Shown: positions 23,760 through 33,429 of the stretch, piece by piece | Position numbering within the stretch: the first letter of the stretch is position 1 | How the letters are laid out: every line of letters starts with the position of its first letter | The notes under the pieces: model-generated | What the model was told of the DNA's origin: nothing | Databases searched by the model: none | Seen by the model: the letters and a program-made list of their open reading frames with translations, nothing else | Translations under genes and position numbers: made by a program | Origin: a virus | Lineage: Duplodnaviria; Caudoviricetes | IMG/VR virus record: IMGVR_UViG_3300025018_000138 | Coordinates: 1 to 64,000 of that record | Reading direction: 5' to 3' (one strand) | DNA length: 64,000 bases

Positions 23760-24056
23760 ATATTAATTATTTTGTATCTGCATCTAATTGTTTTACTAAT
23801 TTGTAAAAAGTATCTTTATTAATTCCATGTGTTAACATTATCAATGCAGTATATTCATGTTTGTTGTACATATATTTATTATCAACAGCAAGTGTAGTAT
23901 TATTATGCTGTGTTTGTACTGATTGTATTAATGGATTTTCTATGTTAAATATTGTTTTCATATAGTGAATTATTAGTTGATTAAAAAAGAAACATATCAA
24001 ATTACTGCTTTACCTATCAATGATTAATATCAAGGTTCTGTACTTTCTTCTTATTT

Positions 24057-24177
24057 CGTTGCGTATTTAACGCCTACGACTTATAGATTTCCTCCGAGTG
24101 CACCTTCCTATATTTGCGCAGTAGGCGATGCTCTTACGGTCAGCACTATTAAAGTCTTGGCAAGCTACTCCAAGTCA
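24057..24177 (-). ncRNA. Candidate pseudoknotted ncRNA downstream of tRNA-Arg(TCT)
   Basis: GC-richer non-coding stretch; GACTTTAATAG/CTATAAGTC crosses CGCCTAC/GTAGGCG; extra hairpins CTTGG/CCAAG and TGCT/AGCA. Confidence 0.45.
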
Positions 24178-24197
24178 TAATAAGATATGTTTAACTG

Positions 24198-24269
24198 TAC
24201 TCAGTATTGGAATCGAACCAATATTAAAGGCTTAGAAGTCCCTTGTACTATCCATTGTACGAACTGAGC
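24198..24269 (-). tRNA. tRNA-Arg(TCT)
   Basis: GCTCAGT/ACTGAGT acceptor, loop CTTCTAA, T loop TTCGATT. Confidence 0.9.
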
Positions 24270-24341
24270 ATAAAAAGCAGTAACATAATATCATCACGAC
24301 ATGATGTTACTTATTCCTAATGATATAGGAATATAATCGAG

Positions 24342-24427
24342 CGGAAAGCACCATAGTTGAAATGGATGGCTTTGACACCACAATCTGTTTAGCAAACAGT
24401 TACAAGCACCTACTTGTTTTACTTTCC
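24342..24427 (-). tRNA. tRNA-Ser(GCT), atypical T arm
   Basis: GGAAAGT/GCTTTCC, loop TTGCTAA, long variable arm, T stem closes with T-A. Confidence 0.8.
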
Positions 24428-24463
24428 AATTAAAAACAGAAAGTCATTGGAAACTTTCATACC

Positions 24464-24499
24464 TATGTTTTTATCACCATTCCTCGTCCAATCGAGTCT
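24464..24499 (-). repeat. 36-bp exact repeat, copy 2
   Basis: Identical to 23202-23237. Confidence 0.9.
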
Positions 24500-24752
24500 T
24501 ATTTTAATAATGATAAATTATATTCATTTAGATATTGTTCAACATATTTTTTATCAAGTTTGATATTAACACTGACAATATGACCCGATGAATTATGTTT
24601 GTATCTATTAAATAATTCATCTGATTCTATATCGTGAAAAACATCAATAAATTCAAAATCCACATCATGTTGTTTCTTACTTTTATATGCAAGAAATTCT
24701 TTATATTCATCGACTGTTATATATGGCATAGTATTCCAAAAGTGATAATTTG

Positions 24753-24827
24753 TACATCATATCAGATTCGAACTGATACTACCAAGTTTCTAAGACTTGT
24801 GACTCCTACCGATTGGTCTAATGATGC
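24753..24827 (-). tRNA. tRNA-Leu(TAG), short variable region
   Basis: GCATCAT/ATGATGT, CAAGT-CTTAGAA-ACTTG, T loop TTCGAAT. Confidence 0.9.
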
Positions 24828-24832
24828 AAGTG

Positions 24833-24906
24833 TACTCTTGGACAGATTCGAACTGTCATTCAACAAATTTTAAGTCTGTTGGCGTTACCATTTAGCCTAC
24901 AAGAGC
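24833..24906 (-). tRNA. tRNA-Leu(TAA), short variable region
   Basis: GCTCTTG/CAAGAGT, ACAGA-CTTAAAA-TTTGT, T loop TTCGAAT. Confidence 0.9.
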
Positions 24907-25021
24907 ATTAAAGCGCTTATCACGAATCTCACGACATGATGATAAGCTTTCCATAAGATACTGAATATGTTTTAATATACATATGTTTTATTCTAATGTC
25001 AATATATCAACGAACTTTTTG

Positions 25022-25105
25022 AGGAAGATGTGGGATTTGAACCCACGGGACAAGATGCCCTTTAGTTTTCAGGACTAACGCAATAATCCACTCTGCCAAT
25101 CTTCC
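25022..25105 (-). tRNA. tRNA-Ser(TGA)
   Basis: GGAAGAT/ATCTTCC, TTAGT-CCTGAAA-ACTAA, long variable arm. Confidence 0.92.
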
Positions 25106-25343
25106 TTATTAAATACCATCGCCATCTAACATGTTAAGACGAACAGTTTCATCTTCACCGATTAGATAAATTCTATTTATGAATTCACCATTTTCATCCG
25201 TTTTACCATTCCAACCTTCTGGGTGTGAATGAATTTCAACACAATATTCCCAACATAATGTTTGGACTTTACTTATAAATTCTTTCATTTTAGGTGATGT
25301 GTTATTTTTCATATGTATTTGTGTTTGTGTTATGTTTTCAATG

Positions 25344-25415
25344 TTGCCCGAACAAGATTCGAACTTGTACACCATAATTCAAAGTTATGTTTCCTGCCAA
25401 TTAGAATATCGAGCA
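25344..25415 (-). tRNA. tRNA-Gln(TTG)
   Basis: TGCTCGA/TCGGGCA, CATAA-CTTTGAA-TTATG. Confidence 0.92.
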
Positions 25416-25428
25416 ATGTATTTGTATG

Positions 25429-25503
25429 TAGCGTAGGGGGGATTTGAACCCCCAGTCTCCTGTTCCCAAAACAGGCGGAATAACCGAATTATCCTACTAC
25501 ACT
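25429..25503 (-). tRNA. tRNA-Pro(TGG)
   Basis: AGTGTAG/CTACGCT, CCTGT-TTTGGGA-ACAGG, GGGGG-TTCAAAT-CCCCC. Confidence 0.92.
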
Positions 25504-25545
25504 ATTTATTATAAAATCAATTGTTATTTAAATAAATCAAGGAAC

Positions 25546-25581
25546 AAAAAAAGTCATGCACCTTTTCGAGATACATGACTT
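25546..25581 (-). terminator. Intrinsic terminator of leader A
   Basis: AAGTCATGTATC-TCGAAAAG-GTGCATGACTT followed by a U-run. Confidence 0.8.
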
Positions 25582-25612
25582 AAAATCTATTTAAAGTATA
25601 CACATATCTCTC

Positions 25613-25681
25613 TCAGCACAACAACGGTTGTGAATGTCTACGTAGACTTAAAGATGATAATATGTATGTTTTGTTTTCCAT
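25613..25681 (-). CDS. Putative leader peptide A, MENKTYILSSLSLRRHSQPLLC
   Basis: 22-codon ORF between a promoter-like tataat and the terminator, upstream of the Pro/Gln/Ser/Leu/Arg tRNA array. Confidence 0.7.
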   Translation of the reverse strand: MENKTYILSSLSLRRHSQPLLC

Positions 25682-26489
25682 GAATAGTAATTATAGTATT
25701 TTTTTATTTAAATCAATTTTTTCTTAAAAAAAATTAAAAATCTTTTTGGATGTCAATGTAATCGTCTCTATCCACATCAAGCAAGTCTTCTTCAAACTCA
25801 CGATTTAGAAAGGATTTAAACCTTTCTACTAAAGCTTTTTTAGTTGCTTTAACAGCATCTTCTTCCGCATTTACAAAATCAAAGGAATCGGGGATTGATG
25901 TTGTAGTTTCGATATTGGCAGAGTCAACTGTTTTAATAGTATCTTTTACTTTTAAAAGACCTTTTGCAGTCCATGTAATTTCAAATTTTGCTGATTTAAT
26001 CATAGTTTTTTTGTAATTTAGGGGATTGTGTTTTATTTTTGAATAGCAGGTGCAATTTGTATTGCTTCGATTAATTGTTCTAAGAATTTTTCATCAAATA
26101 CATCTTTAAGAGTAGTGATTCCTAATTTTTCTAAAATGTAAAATTCCATATGCGATGCCAATGCAGAATCTACAATTTGATTTAACAAATGTGCATTTTC
26201 TTGTGTAGGTTGATATCCTAACAGTGATGCTTTACGCATTAACGTTGCAACAACAATCTGTCTGATGTCATTAAACTCTTGCTTCATTTTAGGAATAGGA
26301 GCAAGTTTTGAGGATGGTTGGGTAATGGAAGATTCTTCAACTGTATCTATATCTGTATCTGTATCTGTATCATCGTCCGAAATGACGAGAGGAATTTGGT
26401 TTTCGGATACATCTTCGTTGATAGAATCTTCGTTGATAGAATCTAGGTCTAGTAATTTCATGTGTAAGTTTTTAAGTGTTTATAAAAGT

Positions 26490-27290
26490 TTAATATAAAT
26501 TAAAAATACGTGCGATTGCAATAGCAGATAAAACATCTGCACCATATTTTTCTAATTGAAATACAACATTCTTAATATACTGAGCTTTTTCGAAAAAGTC
26601 AACAACAATAACAACTTTTTTATTTTTTATTTTAGATATTTGTTTTTCATCTATCGTTAATAAACCGTTTAAAAATGATTGTTGTTTAGCAGGTATATTC
26701 ATATCTGCAAAACTATAATCTCGGTCTTCACGATTTAATGTTTGTATTTTTTTATTTAGCATATCTTTAACATCAGATGGTGTATTTTTCATTAATGATA
26801 AGTCACTACCATCAACAACATTCTCTTTAGTAAAGATATTATCATATCGAGCGGATACACCATTAGTTAGTTTTAAGAAGAATCTGTTGTAAATATCAGT
26901 ATCATTATTAATACCAACTGCTACTACATCTTCTTCTAAAACTCCATTTTTAGTTAAGAATTTCTTCATTTCAGTAGCTGATAAATCTACCCAATTCCTA
27001 ATGTATTCATTATTCAATGATTGTGCTTTCATATTGTTAGCAAATTCATTTGTTGATTTATATTTAGGTGGTAGTTCATCTTTTTTAATTTTATAAGTAT
27101 AAAACACAGTAAGCATTTCGGATTTAATAACACCAATATGTGGGACAAATTCTTTAGAATTTTGTTTACCGAGATTGGTCATATTCGTTGTATTATTTCC
27201 TGCATCAATATAAATTGTCCCATCTTGTAATGTATCGATAGGACTGGTTGATTTTGGAGATTCTAATGGTTTTTGTGTTTTATCTGCCAT
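26490..27290 (-). CDS. Hypothetical protein, possible degenerate PRTase-like fold
   Basis: VVIVVDFF...VLSAIAIARI resembles the PRPP-binding loop region; weak. Confidence 0.35.
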   Translation of the reverse strand: MADKTQKPLESPKSTSPIDTLQDGTIYIDAGNNTTNMTNLGKQNSKEFVPHIGVIKSEMLTVFYTYKIKKDELPPKYKSTNEFANNMKAQSLNNEYIRNWVDLSATEMKKFLTKNGVLEEDVVAVGINNDTDIYNRFFLKLTNGVSARYDNIFTKENVVDGSDLSLMKNTPSDVKDMLNKKIQTLNREDRDYSFADMNIPAKQQSFLNGLLTIDEKQISKIKNKKVVIVVDFFEKAQYIKNVVFQLEKYGADVLSAIAIARIFNLY

Positions 27291-27659
27291 GTTGTTTTAT
27301 CTACTATTTCGTTGGTGTTTGCGTCTATTACTTTTCAGTTTAAACTTATTCAAAGAGTGTTCATTCCATTCTACACGGATTATTTTATCTTTACTTGATA
27401 CTTCAGCATGTCTTTTTAGACCTTCGGAAATATTATAAGTAATGATACCCATCCATTCATCAAAAGTTACTGAATTTTTACTTTTAATATATACTCTATC
27501 CAACTTTTTTTTCATTTTATCTGATTGCATAATATATTTTTGACGTAGAGCAACTAAATCTACATCTTTAAGTTCTTCTTCTGTTTTTCCGCTTGTAAAT
27601 AAGCGCATATATTGATTAGGTGTTAGCATGTTAAGCCTTTATTGTTAATTGTTAAGTGT

Positions 27660-28058
27660 TTAAATTAATTCTTCATCTTCATCTTCTTCATCAAATAAAT
27701 CTTCATCTTCCTCTTCTTCATCAGACCAATCTGCTAATCTTGTATACTTATATTTAAATTTAATATCTGTATTTCTTAGCGTTTGCCAAAATTGAGAACC
27801 ATGTGATGGTGCATTTAATAATGTAATGAATACTCGAATGGGTATTCTAAAATATTGGTATTCAGAACCGAATGTAGCTCTTTCACCCTTGGTTTTATTA
27901 TCACCTTTGAATCTAATTCGTAATAATTTTTCTGTTGGTAAATATAACAACGAGTGGATATTAGAAGATTCAACTTCTACATATTTCCCATATAGTAATT
28001 TCACATTTCTATATGTTACTCTAACATTTACCGCTTCTAATAATAGGTCTTTTAACAT
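27660..28058 (-). CDS. KTSC-domain protein with acidic tail
   Basis: VESSNIHSLLY...LRIRF...YQYFRIP...LNAPSHGSQF. Confidence 0.7.
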   Translation of the reverse strand: MLKDLLLEAVNVRVTYRNVKLLYGKYVEVESSNIHSLLYLPTEKLLRIRFKGDNKTKGERATFGSEYQYFRIPIRVFITLLNAPSHGSQFWQTLRNTDIKFKYKYTRLADWSDEEEEDEDLFDEEDEDEELI

Positions 28059-28073
28059 ATTATTAATTATTAG

Positions 28074-28718
28074 TTATTTCGAAAAATTGATAAATCGATT
28101 TATATTATATGTCGATTCTTCTATTTCAGATAGAATTGGAATAACATCATTTGTATGTTCACAAACTAATGCATCCAAATTATATTGTTTTTTTAATAAC
28201 ATGGGTGAATAATTTTTGTTATGTTCAGCACGTATTAAAATTTTAGTAGTTGAATATACAGATTCGATTAAATTTTTCTGATAATCATCAATAATAATAT
28301 TTGCCTTATATAATCCTTTACTATCACTAATCAGATTTAAACGATTTGCAATATCTTCATTAAAATGAAATTTTAACCATTCGTATTTTTGTTTATAAAT
28401 AGATTTATATTTTTCTTTTTTTGTTCCCGAACAACTAGATAATATTTGAAAATCAAATATATCATTTGAATTAATTAAATATGTTATCAACTCTGTTGCA
28501 CCTTTTTTTATTGGAACATCATAAAAAAATCCATCATAATCAAAATATTTAAAAATTTTATGACCATAAATTGAATGCTTATGTGCATCCCAAGTTTTAA
28601 ATTTAATAATTTCACCCGTTTCTAAATAATGAAGACGTTTCCAATGCGAACTTAATGAATTTAAAACATCATCTAAATCTACATTAATAGTAATTTTGTC
28701 GTTGTTCAATTTATACAT
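28074..28718 (-). CDS. 5'(3')-deoxyribonucleotidase (NT5C-type HAD)
   Basis: VDLDDVL, KYEWLKFHF, IIIDD motifs. Confidence 0.8.
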   Translation of the reverse strand: MYKLNNDKITINVDLDDVLNSLSSHWKRLHYLETGEIIKFKTWDAHKHSIYGHKIFKYFDYDGFFYDVPIKKGATELITYLINSNDIFDFQILSSCSGTKKEKYKSIYKQKYEWLKFHFNEDIANRLNLISDSKGLYKANIIIDDYQKNLIESVYSTTKILIRAEHNKNYSPMLLKKQYNLDALVCEHTNDVIPILSEIEESTYNINRFINFSK

Positions 28719-29738
28719 AGTTATATTCTATCAATTTTAAATATATTAATATAATATTTATGAATAAAATAATCAAGATACGATTTAAAATTAAACAATA
28801 AAGTTAATGTGTATGTAGTATTAGTTTTTTTTACCAATAAATGTGTAATTAAGACATCATTGGTTTCTTCTTGAATCACTAAAAAATCATTTGTATTTAT
28901 ATGTGTAATAATTTTTAAATCATCTACTACGTATGGGCGTATTAATATCGAACCTTTGGTTAATACTGTAGGACAAATATTCATTATCGTTTTAGTTTTA
29001 TAAAAAGTATTCCAAAAACTATTTGCATTGAATAGATATTTTTCCTTTTGAATCTCCGTTAATGTCATACTAATGCTTGTCAAATGTTTAAAAGCATTAG
29101 TATTTTTAATCGGTAGTAAAGGAATAATATTTTTTTTTAAAAAATCAGATGAATATTTCATTATTACTTAGTTAGTGTTACAGAATTCAATTTATCAATT
29201 GGTACTTTAAATTTTTTAAATTTAGAAATTGGTAAAAGGTCTTCTATCTTATTTTTTATGATAGTCTTATCTTTTGAATTAACAGGTTTATATTTTGCTT
29301 CTACAATAGTTTTATTTTCTAATTCGATACCCGAGAAGTATAAAAACTCATCTTTTTCTTCAAGACCATGTGTTAACACTTTGAAAGGGGATTCTTCTCT
29401 TGCTTTCTCATGTTTGACACTATCGAATGATACTAATTTTGATTCATAATTAGTAATCAAATCTTTAATGATAGTAAATATTTCATCAGATGTGGTACCT
29501 TCTTTTAAAACTTTAGATTCGTTTAATCTTTTTGCAGTTGCTAAACGTAAATCTCGATTGATTCCTTTTAACTTAGCTAAACTTTCTTTAATCAGTTCTT
29601 CATAGTCCCAATCCAATGATAATTCTATATTGTATGTTCCACTTGACAATATCTTTTTACCATCGGCTTCTTTTTTATAATTTAAAATTGATACATGTTT
29701 GTATCCATCTTTTATTTGTTGTACTAATTCTGCTTTTG

Positions 29739-30584
29739 TCATAATATTATTGATTTTAAATTGTTAAATAAATCTTCTCGAAGTCCATTATTTGTTATAT
29801 CAAATAGTGAATGATTCAGTGCATCAGGTGATGTATAATAATCCAATGCGGTTTCACTTTCGTGTGTAATTACTGAAATTATTTCTGGTTGTTGTTGTGA
29901 TAAATATCTCATTATTTCAGGTTCAGGAACATCAATAATAGATTTTACACCAAAAATTTCTGGTTGTAAATTTAATCGTAAACCCAAATGTCTGTGTAAA
30001 AAAATAAATGTGAAATTATTAGTTGCACATCGTTCATATTCATTGATGAAACGTAAGTCAGTAATTATGTTATTTTCATCTAATTTTAATTTATTAAATG
30101 CTATATTTACCCAAATATCGGGGTGTAAAATATTTCTCCCAGCTTCTGTTCCTAGTAATTGCAATAGTAACCTAGGAGTTAATTTAACTAACGCCCTTTC
30201 ATCAAATAAATCTTTGTGTTTCATGTATGAAAAAATTTGTCTTTTATTTGCATTATCGAAAGTTTCAAAAATCCACCATTCTTTACCCAAATGCGTATTC
30301 TTAAATTCTCTATCTTCTAATTTGGCTCTAGTACATCCTAACCAAGAACATATCGTATCTTTAATAGCATCTGCAAATTTAATATTGTTAGTCCCATAAC
30401 GAATGCTATCTTTTAAATTTAAATAATGTCCATATGTACTTATATTCAAATACCCTGATGATGAAATTAAAAAATTTAACATATCATATGTTGTATCTTT
30501 ACCCGAACCTAATTTTCCTCGTATTGCAATATTAAAATTATTCATTAGTAGTCTCCGTGACTTTATCAAATAAACGTACTCCAA
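29739..30584 (-). CDS. Deoxynucleoside monophosphate kinase (T4 gp1-like)
   Basis: GKLGSGKDT, FADAIK, TPRLLLQLLGTEAGR, ITDLRF.NE. Confidence 0.88.
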   Translation of the reverse strand: MEYVYLIKSRRLLMNNFNIAIRGKLGSGKDTTYDMLNFLISSSGYLNISTYGHYLNLKDSIRYGTNNIKFADAIKDTICSWLGCTRAKLEDREFKNTHLGKEWWIFETFDNANKRQIFSYMKHKDLFDERALVKLTPRLLLQLLGTEAGRNILHPDIWVNIAFNKLKLDENNIITDLRFINEYERCATNNFTFIFLHRHLGLRLNLQPEIFGVKSIIDVPEPEIMRYLSQQQPEIISVITHESETALDYYTSPDALNHSLFDITNNGLREDLFNNLKSIIL

Positions 30585-31364
30585 TTAATTCTAATTCGAA
30601 CTCGATTTTGGTATTAGTAAATTTGGGTACTGTTTTGATAATACATAGTTTTACTTGTTCGAGTCTACTATCTTTAATACCATTATTAGTTGCCGATATG
30701 ATATCATATTCAACTGTATTAAAATCGAACAACAATGCACCATATCGTATCGATTTATTTGTTGTTATAATTTTGTAAGTGTAAACACATTTATACATTT
30801 TTTTGTTTCCTTTTGTTATTTAAAATGGCATATCTATATGTTCATATATAGTAATCCATTCATTTACTAATATAATGTTTTTTTCTTAAAAAAGTCAATG
30901 TGTAAAATTCTCTATTAATTCTATATCCAACGCTTCCACCACATTTAATCTTGGTCAGTTTTCTGAATGGGCGAGTGCGTTCATGGCAATGTGCTATTTG
31001 ATAAAACACACCATCGTAATCACATACAATATATTCTAAGTGTTTAAACCTACATCTTATGTGTAACTTTAAACCTTTGGGGTGTAATTGGTTAATCATA
31101 AATATTACACATTAGCTTCTTATATTAACAAGTTATAAGCCATTTATCTGCTCACCTAATTCAGCAATTTGAAAGCACCATTTTAATTGGTCTTTATTCA
31201 TTTGCAAGATATTGTCGTTAAGTGGTGCGCCTATGGCAAAACACATACCATTTATTTCTCTTTTAATGATTGTGTTTTCTTTTAAACATGCTTTTAAATC
31301 TTCAATCTCAATTTGTTGTTTAGTAATCAATTCTTCTTGTGTCATAATTTTAAAATAAAACGGC

Positions 31365-31495
31365 TTATAACAGCACCTATGCAAAAGCAGGGGTTATGTG
31401 GTAGCCGAAAGTTTGAAGCACTTAATTAATTTTGTGCGAGCCGACAGGTAAGTGCTTTTTAAACCCTGCCTTCGCATAGCTGCAAAACGTTATCA
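31365..31495 (-). other. attC-like (integron cassette) imperfect palindrome
   Basis: About 131 bp bounded by ATAAC...GTTAT; inner arms GCTATGCGAAGGCAGGG / CCCTGCTTTTGCATAGGTGC; lies between two short co-oriented ORFs. Confidence 0.55.
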
Positions 31496-32118
31496 CCAAT
31501 ACTATCTAACAAGGTCATCAAGTGCTAATTCAAACAATGTGAAGGCAAGCTCTTTGTTTTTTAATTGGCTCACGTGGTATCCTACTATTATCTCTAAATC
31601 AAGTTCTTCACTTTTTAAGATTACTGGATACGAAGGCATTCCACATTGTTGTCCTCCTGTTACTTTGGGTCGCTTACTATCCCATTCCACATTGTTTTTT
31701 ATCTGTTGTTTAATTTCGTTCAATTCCTTTTTGATGTAATGGTTGCACAAATATCAATCACATGAACTAAGTCTAATAGTTCAACATTTTTAATTACAAG
31801 GAGTTTAGACCCTGTTTTTTTTCTAAGGTCTATTTGATATAAATCTCCTTTTTTATGAATTATAGCTAATCCACTAAATGTTTCAGTATTAATATCAAAT
31901 GTAAAACCGACATTATCTATATTTGAAACTGTAGTAGTTTTCCAATGTTTAACAATATGCTTAGATTCTCTAAACATAAATCGTATTGCATCCACGTTAG
32001 TATCTTTACTAAATTTTGTTACAGCATTGAAATTGTTTTGAGAAGTAAGCATATCGTTATTTATTAAGTTTCCGATTCTGATTAAAGATACACAAAAAAA
32101 TAATTAAACCAAACTTTT

Positions 32119-32706
32119 TTAGTATAATAAATAAAAAAACATTCCAATTCCAGTTAGTATATGCCATGCACTATGTAATCTATCATGTGACTTATATCCT
32201 TCATCGGTATTTTTATAATATTTAGTTTGCCCTATTTGCCGTATATAAAAAGCAATTAGAAAACATATACCACTAATCACCCATGTTACAAATGGTAATA
32301 TAAAAAATGATAGTATTAATGTCGATGAATATAATAAACCTACAATATAATATGTTAATTCTATATCAAATAATTTTTTTTTATCTAATCTATTATGCAT
32401 AACAGTCAATAATAAACCTAATACCAAACTATTAATTAAGATACTCGGATGAAATATTCCGAATTGATATAAAAATGTAAATATAAATGCCGAAAACGTG
32501 AAGTACATCGCACTCCAATCTGCTAATACATATTCATGTCTTTCATAATAATGATATATACCACTACCTATCATTAAATATACTAAGGTGCAAGCAAGTA
32601 TAAAACCACTCCAACCGTGTAAAACGGCACATATGATGCCTATTAATCCATATATTAAATTTGTGTATGTACTAAATTGATTATGTACGTCAATTATTTT
32701 TTTCAT
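32119..32706 (-). CDS. CREST-superfamily membrane hydrolase (ceramidase/hemolysin-III-like)
   Basis: Multiple TM helices; GSGIYH, LADW and LHSAWHILTG motifs. Confidence 0.6.
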   Translation of the reverse strand: MKKIIDVHNQFSTYTNLIYGLIGIICAVLHGWSGFILACTLVYLMIGSGIYHYYERHEYVLADWSAMYFTFSAFIFTFLYQFGIFHPSILINSLVLGLLLTVMHNRLDKKKLFDIELTYYIVGLLYSSTLILSFFILPFVTWVISGICFLIAFYIRQIGQTKYYKNTDEGYKSHDRLHSAWHILTGIGMFFYLLY

Positions 32707-32787
32707 AGTTATTTTATTTTAAATGGTTAAAATTATAATTATATATAATTACTTATATATTTATTTTATAGAATACAAATTATTATC

Positions 32788-33429
32788 ATGATACTAATCG
32801 AACAACAGATTGATTCACAATCATTAGCTATGTTACTAAAATGTCGAACTCAATTGATTAATTTAATTAATTCATTCAAACCTTATTGTAATAATTATTT
32901 TTATATTTATGGTGGGTTTATACGAGATTTAATATCTGGGTTTAAACCAGTTGATATTGATATTAATATTGCCGACAGTAATGATAAAAATCGTGTTATT
33001 AAGTACCTATCCAAAACACATGATATTTCATATGAATCAGCTTGGGTAACTCGTTACAAGTCAAAAATGGGTTTACCAAAAACAATGTATGATATTGCAT
33101 CCAATTTTAAAACACCAACGGAATTTATATCAAATTCCGATTTTTCAAATAATGCTATATTATTTGATTCCAATTATGATTTGTTTTGTTTGGACTCGAC
33201 TATATATGCAAATACGAATAGAAAATTAATTTTAAAACCAATTGAATCTAATAGTCCTATGATTTTAGCATATAGAGCAGGTAAACTAATTCAAAAAGGG
33301 TTTGTATATAAATCCGAAAATCCTATAGACTTGATTAAAGATATAGAATATCAATTTGAACTATATACAAACCCAATCGATATTTATAAAGTTAATTTAT
33401 CCATTAACGATAGAAATGTATCACGTTGA
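32788..33429 (+). CDS. Class II nucleotidyltransferase head-domain protein
   Basis: YIYGGFIRDL, VDIDI, SDFSNNAI resemble CCA/poly(A) polymerase motifs. Confidence 0.6.
   Translation: MILIEQQIDSQSLAMLLKCRTQLINLINSFKPYCNNYFYIYGGFIRDLISGFKPVDIDINIADSNDKNRVIKYLSKTHDISYESAWVTRYKSKMGLPKTMYDIASNFKTPTEFISNSDFSNNAILFDSNYDLFCLDSTIYANTNRKLILKPIESNSPMILAYRAGKLIQKGFVYKSENPIDLIKDIEYQFELYTNPIDIYKVNLSINDRNVSR

Noticed and set aside
24030-24075. tmRNA resume region (GTTAAATAC GCA...) or pistol ribozyme GUUAAAUA motif
   Set aside because: The frame stops after three codons, there is no tRNA-like domain, and pistol P1/pseudoknot geometry is absent
23113-24499. CRISPR array from repeated segments
   Set aside because: Only pairs of repeats 0.56 and 1.26 kb apart, no spacer periodicity, no cas genes
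26340-26375. (ctgtat)n microsatellite
   Set aside because: Simply encodes a DTDTDTDID low-complexity stretch in ORF 26033-26461
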